DNA of 64,000 bases, taken from contig OZ316896.1 of NCBI GenBank assembly GCA_973895155.1, positions 18,092,754-18,156,753 on the forward strand. Direction: 5' to 3'. Made by a program: the position numbers and the translations under genes. Shown here piece by piece: positions 52,786-64,000 of the stretch; position 1 is the stretch's first letter, and each line of letters starts with the position of its first letter. The DNA comes from Marsupella aquatica (Eukaryota > Plantae > Marchantiophyta). The notes under the pieces are model-generated. The model was not told the origin of the DNA, ran no database searches, and worked only from the letters and a program-made list of their open reading frames with translations.

Positions 52786-53419
52786 TCAGAGTTGTCCCTT
52801 TACCAGAACAAAAAGTTACTCCCTAAAGAGTGCAGCACTGGCTTGAGCCCCAGCCATTGACAATGTCCCCCATGGTACACATTCCATGGCCTTTCGAGGG
52901 TTGGAAATCTTGAATGTGTCTTTGAACCATTCAAGATTGCATGCGACCTTTCTAAAGGTTGTACTAATTATTTGCGAGATCTTGCCATTATTTTGAATAA
53001 ATTTGTCAATATATTTGAGCTTTCTCATTCCTGACTTGCAATTCACAGAGCAATTACAAGCACCACAAAACAAGTACTGGGCCAGCTTGCCTTGCAAGAC
53101 TCCTGTGTACAAGTTCAGCGGAAACTCTGGCCCAGTACTTCTTTTGTGGTGCTGCGGTAGGAAGATGCATTCCACTGTAGATTGTGAATGTTCTTGGAAT
53201 ATCGGTTCAAACGGATATGCATGTGGACCTTCACCCAATTCAAGTACCACGGGAAGCAAGTTTAGATGGGCTCACTGAGTGTTTCATGAATTAGTTCTGA
53301 CTATCTTGCGCCCTCTTGTCCTTGTCTTGACTGTGAACCCCTAGATGTTTGTTCGTTCATTCATCTTGTCTCAGTCGGAGTGGCATTTCTTCCCCCCTTG
53401 TTTCCTCACTGCTTCCCAG

Positions 53420-53449
53420 TGGGGGGGCGGGGGGGGGGGGGGGGGGGGC
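53420..53449. repeat. Poly-G tract (G-quadruplex potential)
   Basis: About 28 G with one C interruption. Confidence 0.9.
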
Positions 53450-55979
53450 GGTGTCTATGGCTGCAAGGTTTTAACAGGTGCCTTCCGATTAGCACAGCAG
53501 CGTCTGTTGATGCTGTCACAACAGTACCACAACATATTGATCAGATAGATCTTCGCAGGTTCATTCACACCGTTATGGAATAGAGAGAACAGTACACCTG
53601 ATTCAACTCTCGTTACATAGCTGTTGCCAGCAGAGTGTCTGCTGCGTTGACATTTCTGAGTGGACCTGATAAGCTGCTGCAGTGAGTAGTATTAAATATC
53701 TTAGGGAATACAAGTCGCATTTGTGGTTTATTTGCATGATCTCTGCTTAACACTAGTCTATAGGAACACTACTAGTGGGAGTACATGCAGTGTGTAGGCG
53801 AGATTTCGTCTTGTGCTGTGACATGTCCTTTCCCTGGTGTTAGTTCTGTCGATCGAGAGTCAAAGTCTTTGGATTGAAGCCTATGACAGATGCTGCAAAA
53901 TTGGGACTTGGCTCTCTTTGGGAGTATTTCTACCTGCTAACCCGTCTATTGCCGACTATGCTCATGGCTTCCCAACTCTTGGATACTAGCCTGAAGTTCA
54001 TTGACAGGTGAGGCTCCTTTCTATTGAATATGAAGAGCAGCGAGTTTGGGAAAGAGGATGGTGGATGTTGGATGGCATTCATGGTTAGAACAAATATTTG
54101 GCAACAGCCAAGCTTCCTGGGCGTATCTGGTGGCCTTTGTGGAAGGTGCAGGAGGATAGGGTGTGCAAAATAGATTGCACCTGCAATGCACTTGAGGTGG
54201 GCTGGAGGAACTTGGTAAAGCAGTCTGTAGCAGATGTGTTGGAGGAGCTTAGAACAGAAGCTGCAGAACTGATCGATAACGTTATTTCTGGTAAATTTCG
54301 ATGCTGTAAAGATATTATAGAGATATATTTTCGGTTACATCAGGTCATCTTGATTTGGAGTATATATATCTAGTTATTGTTACAACTATGTTGAAGGGAT
54401 CTACAAACCATGTTGCGTCACAATTGGTGACAAGATTATCCTATGACCAACTTCGGATCCTGATTTTACGAGTTCAGCTTGAGATCTGTTTGATGGTACT
54501 CGCAGTTCCGTTTGTTGTCTCCTTTGTATTAGTTTTGCGTTGTTCACAGCCTCCTGTGACTAAATGCAAGGTCTTGTTACCTACTGTGACTCGTTATGGA
54601 CGATCGAGGCAGGCATACCTCGAGACCTTGTGACCCTGGCTGAGCGCAAATAGAGGACCGAACTGGATCATGGCATTGCTAGTCTGCATTCGTCACATCG
54701 GAGATTTCTGCAGGAATCGAGGAAGACAGTCAATAGCCAACCAGTTTGAGGGATAGGAGAGCACTAGGTCAGCATGCTAAGACTTCAGTAAGGAACGGGA
54801 AAACGTTTGCTCTTTTATGTGCCATTCATGGCGCTACCGTCGAAGGAGTTCGAGCCATGACAAAGGGAGCACAAAAGCAGATTGGAATTTTCCGAAAAGT
54901 TGGGGTCCGAAGGGCTCAAGTACTAACTCAGGACAGAGGACCTTGAGTCTTCTGGGTATGTTCAGCCCGGATTTCTGGAAATGTTGGAGTCTGGGCTAAT
55001 CGATCACAGCACTAAGGATGCCGTCGATGCATTAATTGGGAGACAAGTGGGCGATTGAGGTCAACCAAGATGGCTAAGCATTGTGAGATGCAAGCGAATG
55101 CATTCCACATTGGATTGGTACTTCGAGGAACAGTTCGATCCCATTCGGGTACTAGGGGATTGTGGTGAGCCAAGTATTGCTTCAAAGCATTTGTTCCGTG
55201 ATCTCAAGCACTCGGTGGGGTAGTGGAATTTTTGGTTAAGAATGTAGGACTTGGGTGCTCTTGCGCCAGAGACAATCTTATGTGATTAATTCTTGTTTGA
55301 CGCGAAGCTCTGATGAAACTAGCCACTTTTTGGTACTCAAGGGAATCCTTCCTCCCCGATCAACATGCACTGAGCTACGGTCTTATGGTCCTCCTTGTCC
55401 CTACTTTTGCTCGATATATTGCGGTCTTATGATCCTTGTCCCTACTTTTGCTCGATATATTGCTTTTAAAGTACGGGAAGGGGCGCATTTCGGTTTCTGC
55501 CCGACGAAGGATTTCTCAGTGTGTTAGCTATAGTCTTGATTTTGGAATGCAGAATTAAAGCCATCCTCAATCATGCACCCAGCATGTATGTTCAGTATTT
55601 CCATGTTGAATTCAAGTGGCCGCATTTTGGGTGTTCCACTGCGGTGAATTGTGTGGATGTCGAGAGACAGCTGACTGATTAGCTGTTGAAATCTTCCTAG
55701 ATATGGATTTTGATCCTTTCGTTTTCTAGCCTATCTTTGCAACGAACGAGGGAATTTCGAAATCTGGGAGTTCAAGAACACTTCTTTGCTTTCAAATGTG
55801 TATAGGATGTATAGCTTGTAAGGGGTCAGTTCTAGACATCATGCTTGAGATTCGCGAGCTAGTTAGTCAGAAATCACTTTTCCAACTTGTACTGTGATGT
55901 CCCGCTGCGGCTCGGTTTGAAAAATGAATTGCAATGTTCCATTATGATCGGCTCTTCCAACTCGTATAATGATTAACTG

Positions 55980-56384
55980 AAGTCACTCGTGTGACAAAAA
56001 ATTGCCATGTTTCCCATAAGTATTCAAACTTGTAGTGCGATCGCCCCACCTGACTCGTTTAGAATTGACTCTACCTATTCGTAGTGAATCGGTTAGAATA
56101 GACTCTTCCTATTCGTAGCTAGTAACTTGAGTAGGAAATGCATGTCCAAAGTTTCACCACTTGATTTCGCTGATCCAGACAAGTCACTCGTGTGACAAAA
56201 AATTGCCATGTTTCCCATAAGTATTCAAACTTGTAGTGCGATCGCCCCACCTGACTCGTTTAGAATTGACTCTACCTATTCGTAGTGAATCGGTTAGAAT
56301 AGACTCTTCCTATTCGTAGCTAGTAACTTGAGTAGGAAATGCATGTCCAAAGTTTCACCACTTGATTTCGCTGATCCAGACAAG
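55980..56384. repeat. Apparently perfect 201 bp tandem duplication downstream of TrmO stop
   Basis: 55980-56180 equals 56181-56381, with AAG microhomology at the junctions. Confidence 0.95.
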
Positions 56385-56477
56385 AAAAGATATGCTACGG
56401 CAAACCAGCTGGAAAATGTCCAAGAAACTGTGCTGCTGAGGTAAACAGAAACCGAATTCCAGATAGTATGGATGAAA

Positions 56478-59400
56478 TTAGGATGAAAAATGTTTCCACC
56501 AACTTTTGGTATCGGACGTATTCTTCAGAGGTTGTAGTACAGTTGCAGCTTTCACAACTACCCGGCCCTTGCTGTCCTGTGTGTAACCTACATTGATTCC
56601 CTCAACAAGAACATGATACAATACTTCGACTTCTTCAGCTGCAATTTGGACATCGTCAGCGTCTGTGGGGATGTTCTCCTTAATGGTAGCGGGCAAGATG
56701 GTGCTCAGCAGCTCAGGATCAGTCACCTCACTAACAGTCGTGCCACGAATAATATCGGCAAGAACACTTAGCTTGGCTGGGTGAGGTTTGTGTCTTTGAT
56801 TCAGTGAGCGAATATCTCTCGACAGAACCTGGTTAAGGAGACCCTGCAATTCCTCAGGGCTTGAATACAAAGAATATTTACCCTGCAATTGCATCCGAAG
56901 AAAGTGGGTGAGTGGGTCAGTTCAGACAAACGACAAGTTACATCTTAAAAAAACCAATGCAGCGCACAACATGAAATGCTTCCCCCAACAGGTGCCATAT
57001 CAGCGCATTCTAAAAAATTGATGAGAGCACTCCACTCACCCTATGATGCAAAATCAAAGACAACATTTCTGTCGAGTTAGCATGAGATTTACTACAAGTT
57101 CGGCCTGTAAATTAGGAAACTATTGCACTCAGTATTATCATATATACCATACCATTGTTGTCCAACACTCTATTAGATCACTCTTAAATGTGTCCGTCAA
57201 CTCCACCGAATGCACAGCAATGATGTCATCAGCATCTCCTGCCTGAAACACACAAAAAGTTGCACATTCAGCGCTGACCGCTACTAAACAGAACAATGAC
57301 AAAGTCGATTGAGGGAAGCAAGAATCACGATAACAAAAATTCGGCTAAGCTACCAAGAATACAGATTAATCTACTTAGATTTCATCACTGACAAACACTG
57401 AGTGAGAATTAATTAACCTGGACGAAGCTGGGAGCCCTGGCCTCAGTAACAGCATCACAATATGGCAGATATGGTTTCACATCAAGCACTGGCTGCAAAC
57501 AAACAGTTAGTTTTTTACTCCATATTTCAGAGAATCAATTTACACCCACAAGCCATGTCATATGTCAGATTTTGCGATTGCCGAAGGAATAGCTCTGCCA
57601 TATAAATTATCTCCATTCCTAAAACCACTGAATAGAGAAAAGCATGGCGGGGGGATGTGACAACACAGCAACACCTTTTGTGCCAACACTCGAATCAGCA
57701 AATTTAGATAAACAACCCACATACCGTGCCATCAACAAGATCAGCGCCCGAGATAAACAGCCTCCCTCTATGTACCCCTTCAATCTGTGATCACCAAAGT
57801 GAATGATGCATCAACTCAACATAAGACAAAAATAAGTCCAGGGTAACTTCACAACCGACCACATCAGATTAAAGGCTACAAGAATAGATTTACTCTAATG
57901 GTGTTCCAACGAGATGACCATCTCCTCCCAGTCCTTCGGTACATGACGACTAACATCCCCAAAAACAACCACAAATATTCCTATATAGGCAGTTCTAAAA
58001 GGACAATTGACAGACCTTTGCAACGGTGAGTCCAATTGGCAGTGGACGATGGGGTGTACGAGTGGCCAGCACCCCCACTTTCTTGCCGTCTAGCCTTGGT
58101 ACGTGTACCTAAAGGCCATTCTAACCCAAAATTAGTGTAAAGCTCCTACAAATCTGGAAGAAAAATAATAATAATAATAATAATACCAAGAAATCTATTA
58201 CGTTAACAATTAAAAACCTTCTTAGCGTTATCATACCGTCACGCGTCACTCATAAATCGGAGCTCATCTACATCAGGAACAACATCAATCAAGCTAGAAA
58301 AAGGTCGTTATACAGTTGAATTTACTATCTACTTTGATGATTGAGAATTACACACCTTTGCTTTGAAATCACTGTGAGCGGGCTTTTTCCACAACCTTGG
58401 CAAGTCGGTGTTCGCATGAAACACATAGAGCAGCCAGCCGTGAGAGTACTCCATTAAGCCCTCAAAAGCTTCTGCAGGCACTCCTCCTGGAGTCAGCTCT
58501 AAGCATGCCCTAGCCTGGGTCACAAGCAAAGGCTGTCTTGGAGTTCCATTTCTGAAGGGTGTCCAAGATTTCACAGGAGAAAGTACCCAGATTAGATGCA
58601 TGACAGTTCCGCTTGAACGGGAGATTGAAGTTCTAAATTATTGTCAGTTCTTTTGGACAGAGTGCAGCAATGCTAGATAATATACCTTACCTTGTAGAAA
58701 AGCATGAGCGAACCGTGCCGATCGGGGTCATGGGATATGTTGTCACACTTGCATTCTCACAGTTGTCGCCCACCAGTGCATCTCTCAACTCCTGCATTCA
58801 GCATCACCCACTGCCGTGATGTGTCTTACAGCCAGTCATACCCAATCTGCAGCAGATTCCAGGTTGTTGGGTAGTGAGGGGACACCCATTTTGAGACTGC
58901 AGTGTGGCTTCTAATCGAATCCTCGAGTACTAGTTTCGTCGATTCAGGGCACGGGGTCTTTAGCCGTTGATAACAGGCCTTTTGTGTGAGGATTATTTAA
59001 GGTCTGCGGAGTTGTTGAATCCAGGTCACTGATGTTGACCAGACTTAAGAGCATATAGAGGCGTATTATACGCCCTTCGTGCGATGAGACTAAGAATGAA
59101 CGCAAGTGCTTACAAAGAAGTCCCTTAAAACAGAGAAGCTATCGAGGTAATCAGACGTGCTGCATCAAAAGTTTTACCTGTTGGGCACGAATCCGACCAG
59201 TTCGCTCTGCAGCACGCTCTCTTTGTGTGGCCTTCAGCTCTTTCTCAGAGTCCTTCAATGCAGCTTTTAACTCTTCTACCTTGCGTTCCAGAAGTCCAGA
59301 GGAATTCTTCACTACCACTTTCTGCACTGCAATTCTCCACCACGATGTGAATGTCTAAAAACTTCATATCTACGTCCTCCTCCTTGCCCACCACAATCGT

Positions 59401-60230
59401 TCTCACGTTCCATTTGAAAAATGATAGGCTCCAGAGCAAACAGTCCAGATCTTTGGCCCTGCAGACATGAGTCCTCAAACATGTCTAACCCAAAGGCCAT
59501 CTTCCTGGGACTTTGACCACCAGAGGTAATGGCAATTATGTTACGATGAAATTTTCTAAACCCTAAACTTTAATGTCTTACTTTGTCTTGCACTCTTGAG
59601 CTCTTTTGACGTCTGATTTTTCCGCCCTGCAGATACTTGATTTTTGTAAAACACTCCCCTGCATATAATGTCTCCTATAAAGACCAAGTGCCTTCAGAGA
59701 GTATGCAAAGAAGCAGAAATCCTCGTACTCCAACTTGTGTCCGTTATAAGATTTTCAATTGTACTTCTAATCCTACAGATACTACCCACTAAACCCTAAA
59801 CCTAATCACAGTACAGACGGCTCTGAGCTCTTTAGGAGCTGATGAAACCTAAAACCAATCAATTATTCAGCTCATTCATTCATCATTCATCTGGTTTGAG
59901 AGGGTATTCTAATCAGAGATTGACCACTAAACCTTAAACCGATCACGGGATAGGAAGCGTTGAGTACTCTGCCTCCAGCGCCTAGTGGCACTTAAAATTA
60001 TATTCATTCACTCACATTGGTTTGATCTGCTACATTCATCGGGGAAACTCATCAGTTAATTCTAAATTCACATAGTTCAGCCACCATCTTGTTCACTGAA
60101 ACCCTTAAATCACACCATTCCTTTCTTCCTTCGAGTAAAGGAGCTCGTAAAATGACATACCTGTAAAGGCAGCAGCCGCAGCAGCTGCAGCAGCACAGGG
60201 TAGCAGCAATAACCAAAATGTTGGCGCCAT
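56478..60230 (-). CDS. TRMO: tRNA (adenine-37-N6)-methyltransferase TrmO/TsaA-like, 9 exons, ~412 aa
   Basis: Exons 60230-60161, 59326-59178, 58791-58691, 58551-58356, 58108-58016, 57784-57725, 57492-57418, 57242-57153, 56882-56478. Motifs: YPMTPIGTVRSCFSTRNGTPRQP, GLMEYSHGWLLYVFH, KAKVHVPRLDGKKVGVLATRTPHRPLPIGLT, GADLVDGTPVLDVKPYLPYCD, QVLSRDIRS. Confidence 0.9.
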
Positions 60231-62584
60231 CCTTTCTATTGTGGAGATCGCCCAATGTGAACTTCCTCGTCTCAGGCCGACATAACCGAATCTGTTCTTC
60301 CAAGTTCATAAATTCCACAGTTCAAAATTCTGCCCAAATTGAACTTCATCTGCTCTCAATTTTGCATTACATTTCGACAAACAGGTACAGCATATTAAAT
60401 TACTGCACGGTTTTCCACGAGTGCACACCAAAAGTCTAAGACAGTTCCTTTCTAACACACCCCAACTCAAAAAGACAAGAGAATCGAGCATTATCAGTGG
60501 CGCAAGGGGTCACCATTCTCTTACATGGCGAGAAAATGAGTTCAGCACAGCACTCTCGCTCCTGATATATATCTTCCTTTGTCTCGGCAAAATCGGATCG
60601 TGGACTCGTCTCCTGAATCAAAATCCAGTATATGGCTGAAAGCGGCCACACTTAAATTTCAACAAATTGCCGTCACTATGGGTCTATGGCTTAATCTCTG
60701 GTGTTCAAGAATCGAGGTCCGCCATTATTTCCCGAATCCCAGCTCATAATTGAAAGGAAAGGCTGCATGAAGTTCCTACATGTCGGCGACGAAACGCTGT
60801 CTGCCCCTCAGAAGCCAAAATCCAAAATGCAGCTCTGCTGTCAGTGGGGGTCTGAAGTACAATGAAGCGTTGGATAATTGTGGCCCCCCATAGATTGAAG
60901 CTCTTGGTATAGAGCTGCGTGTAGCGTGCACTCAGGTGAAAACAAATTATACCGGAATGAGGACTAGAAAGTGAAGCAAAAGTGAAGCAAAAACAAATAA
61001 TAATACCGGAAAGAGGAGAGTGAAGCAAGGAAGGATGGACCTCCATGTGGGACACATTGTTCTCGTGTGTCTATTAAGATGATTTTTAAGGTTTCACCTA
61101 CAAGGCAACTATAAAACCAGTTTGGACTTTTGCCGTCTACTGAAATCCACCTCTCGTGCAAAGTGGAGCCATTTGGTTGCGCTCAAAACTACAGTAAATA
61201 ATTATTAAAATTTTGGCGCCCTACTAGCAAATTTGTGGGGTCCTTGTGAAACCTGGAGAGAATTTTGTCAAGTGAATTTCTATCCAGGCCACATATATGG
61301 CGGAAAAAGTCCAAGACCTTTTCCACACTACACTCACTTTTCTCCTCTACCATGCAAGCTAGTTTCACAATTTCAGGAAAAAGTTACTCTTAATAATGGC
61401 TACTAGGAACTCATAGCGTTTGAAAGGCAGATGTGGTTTAAGAATGTCCTATGATTGAAGTATCCTAGTATACACACTGACATGTTGTAGCATTAAAACT
61501 GGAAACAGGAGAATAATATTCTGGCCTTGCATAATTTACTAACATGACAAATAATTGATATTTTTGCAAGTCTTGCTCAAACTGGAGCACTATGGTAGTG
61601 CAGATTGGAGTCACTTAAGAATAATGCCCTCATGCCACAGGTTTACCTAATACATTTGATAGCGCCAAGGGTTGTTGTCTGCAACATCTCTGCTGGACAA
61701 GGGTTTGCTCAAGATTTTATAATTATTGAAAATTTCACTCTTTGGGATGAAAAAAATTGGCAATGTTTGTGTAACTTGGAAACAATTACAATGCATATTT
61801 TAGGCACATTCTCAGAATTGTTATGTAACAACACTGATTTATCAGTATATACAAACATGTAGAAGCTTGTCCAATGCCAGTTCTCAAGTTTTACCTTAGA
61901 TTGAGGATATTCAAATTTCTAGAGTCAAAGGTAAAACTTTGTTTGAAATGGTGGAATCTCAAGCTGCTTTGAAATATGTCTGTGAATTTTATTTGAATGT
62001 AGCCACCAAAAAAAGAGATAGAGAGAAATTGTCTATGGCATTGATAAAGAGAAAATACAAACTTTTCTTGCAGGGCATGTGCAAAGCTTATTGCCCCTAG
62101 TGTACTACCATTGGGTGGGTGAGCAGGAGGGGAATCGATTCCCTACATAAACGATGAAGGGCAGATGGGATTTGCTATGAAGTATAAAGGTCCCACCCCT
62201 TATTGACTGAACTAAGTGCACTAAACAGTAGTGGTGAGATACCAAAACATGCTCCTATGTCCTAGGGGTAAGGTAATGAAGAATAACACAACCAAATTCC
62301 CAAGTATATAACTAGGTATGAAAATTTTCAACCTGTTTTTCCGACTTCCCCTTATGGTACATCACTGTTTCAGTCTCCCAACTCCAATTTGCTTTGGTGA
62401 TTATTTTAATTTGGGTCTCCCATGGCTGGCTTCCTTGTATTTTTTTCTATGTGTGAATTACTTGGACCCCCCATGTATATTCCATTTATTATTTCAATGT
62501 AGAAATTGATCGAACCCCTTTAAGTTTATTTATTTTAGTGCCACCTTTTCTCTGCCATTAATTGGAGGGAAAAGAAAAACTATT

Positions 62585-62645
62585 ACTGATTTAAACTCGT
62601 GACCTGAACGTTCAAACTGGACTCCTCTACCACTGCACCACATAG
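62585..62645 (-). other. tRNA-derived relic (tRNA pseudogene or SINE head)
   Basis: Minus strand TGGTGCAGTGGTAGA (A-box-like) and GGTCACGAGTTTAAATC (B-box-like) lie at tRNA spacing, but there is no intact cloverleaf. Confidence 0.3.
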
Positions 62646-63361
62646 ATATATTGAACAAAGGTTGTACCTTAATTACATTTAACATATAAATCATTCTGAC
62701 ATTTCCATGACCAACAACCTCTCCTCTGGGCCCACGCCTCCCTGTCCTGAGCACAGAGTTTGAGATTTTTCAATAGGCTTCAATTCACATGCTCTTCATA
62801 ATTGAAAGTTTTATATTTGCATTATCTTATGCAAGATTTGTATTTTCATAAATGTAGAAATGATAGTATAACTTAAGTTTCATATATTTTTCAATAAGTT
62901 AAAATAGTGAAGCACTAGAATGATGTAGCTATATGATGTAGCAAGATGTGCGGTGATGAGAAACTGTAATCCGCTAGCAAATTACCTTAATGCTCACCAC
63001 ATGATAAGATTAGTCAGACTGAACAAACAAACTCAACAATCGAACAAAAGTCGGACTAAACCTCACATTATCAGTGTCACTTGTATGAAATCCATTCCAT
63101 TAAACCCTAGCACTTGAAGTGATGGCAAGTACCTTGAGCACTATTTGTTTTTCTATGGCCTAGAATTATTTAGTCTGTGGTATTTTGTGTCACACTTGGC
63201 CTAAATTCATGCACTCACCAACCCTCCTCTACGGGCCACACCCACACACAGGGGCTTGAGACAGAAGCCTGTTGGCTCCAAGTCCTAATGTCCCAGCAAC
63301 CTGAGCTAGATCAGTAGGTAGATTTGGGTCCAGGTAACTGCACATCAAAATATGACATATA

Positions 63362-63702
63362 CTACGTCTTTCCATACCATGATAAAGTTCATTATTTTTT
63401 ATAAATCAATGTACAACATCCTTCCATACCATGATAAACCTCACTATTTTCTTTAAATCAATGAGTGCATCCTTCCATACCATGATAAACCTCACTATTT
63501 TCTTTAACTCAATGAGTGCATCCTTCCATACCATGATAATGACATATAAGACATCTTTCCATACCATGATAAACTTCATCATTTGCTATAAATCAATGCA
63601 CACCATCCTTCCATACCATGATAAACCTCATGAATATGTATAAATCAAAGCCCCACATCATTCCATACCATGATAAACCTCACTATTTTCTTTAAATCAA
63701 TA
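63362..63702. repeat. ~50 bp minisatellite, ~7 units
   Basis: Core TTCCATACCATGATAA recurs at ~63370, 63422, 63472, 63523, 63557, 63609 and 63661. Confidence 0.9.
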
Positions 63703-64000
63703 TGCCATATATTACCACAGGTTGATGAGTGATTGATGGCAGGGGGTAGATTTTTGAGGTTAGTCTACACAACAGAGGAGACTCTGCCGAAGAAGGCTGT
63801 GCAAGAGCTCTGTGGATTGGAGATGTGTAAGTAGGGTTGAATGTAAGCCACACAGGTAGACCAATAGGCAGATTTGCGGTTAGTATACACAACAAAGGAG
63901 ACCCTGCTTAAAAGGCTTGGACAGTGCAAGAGCAGAGAAGATTGGAGTTCTGTCAGTAGGATTGAGCCTTTGTATTTTGAGCAATGGCGATGACATGTCG

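Noticed and set aside
17660-60230. Functional gene cluster (cell division: SKA2 + MAP3K-epsilon; translation: tRNA, RPS24, TRMO)
   Set aside because: These are unrelated housekeeping genes. TrmO acts on t6A37 of ANN-decoding tRNAs, not tRNA-Tyr. There is no evidence of co-regulation.
60231-60309. Out-of-frame upstream ATG overlapping the TRMO start
   Set aside because: It may lie inside a 5' UTR intron (donor-like site ~60524, acceptor-like site ~60292). It cannot be supported without transcripts.
63362-63702. CRISPR-like look of a conserved 16-bp core with intervening sequence
   Set aside because: The intervening parts are similar to each other rather than unique spacers, the context is eukaryotic, and there are no cas genes. 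It is a minisatellite.

Overview
Eukaryotic nuclear DNA from a land plant. The short GT-AG introns, compact genes and gene content suggest a bryophyte or lycophyte, but I cannot name the species. About 1-17 kb is gene-free and made of transposon debris: minisatellite-bearing non-autonomous Helitrons and three relics of a CRE-like (restriction-like endonuclease) non-LTR retrotransposon. About 17.6-60.3 kb holds six spliced protein genes that I rebuilt exon by exon into open frames: SKA2, mitochondrial IscA2-like, plastid ClpB3, RPS24, MAP3K-epsilon and TrmO/TsaA. It also holds an intron-containing tRNA-Tyr(GUA), an acyl-activating-enzyme pseudogene, a 5'-truncated LINE with a perfect 16-bp TSD, and several recent tandem duplications. 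I found no convincing new multi-gene system. The best leads are the clustered CRE-like elements with a long TSD, the Helitron/minisatellite array, the tRNA just upstream of ClpB3, and the uORF-rich MAP3K-epsilon leader. Family assignments come from motif recognition, not database searches.
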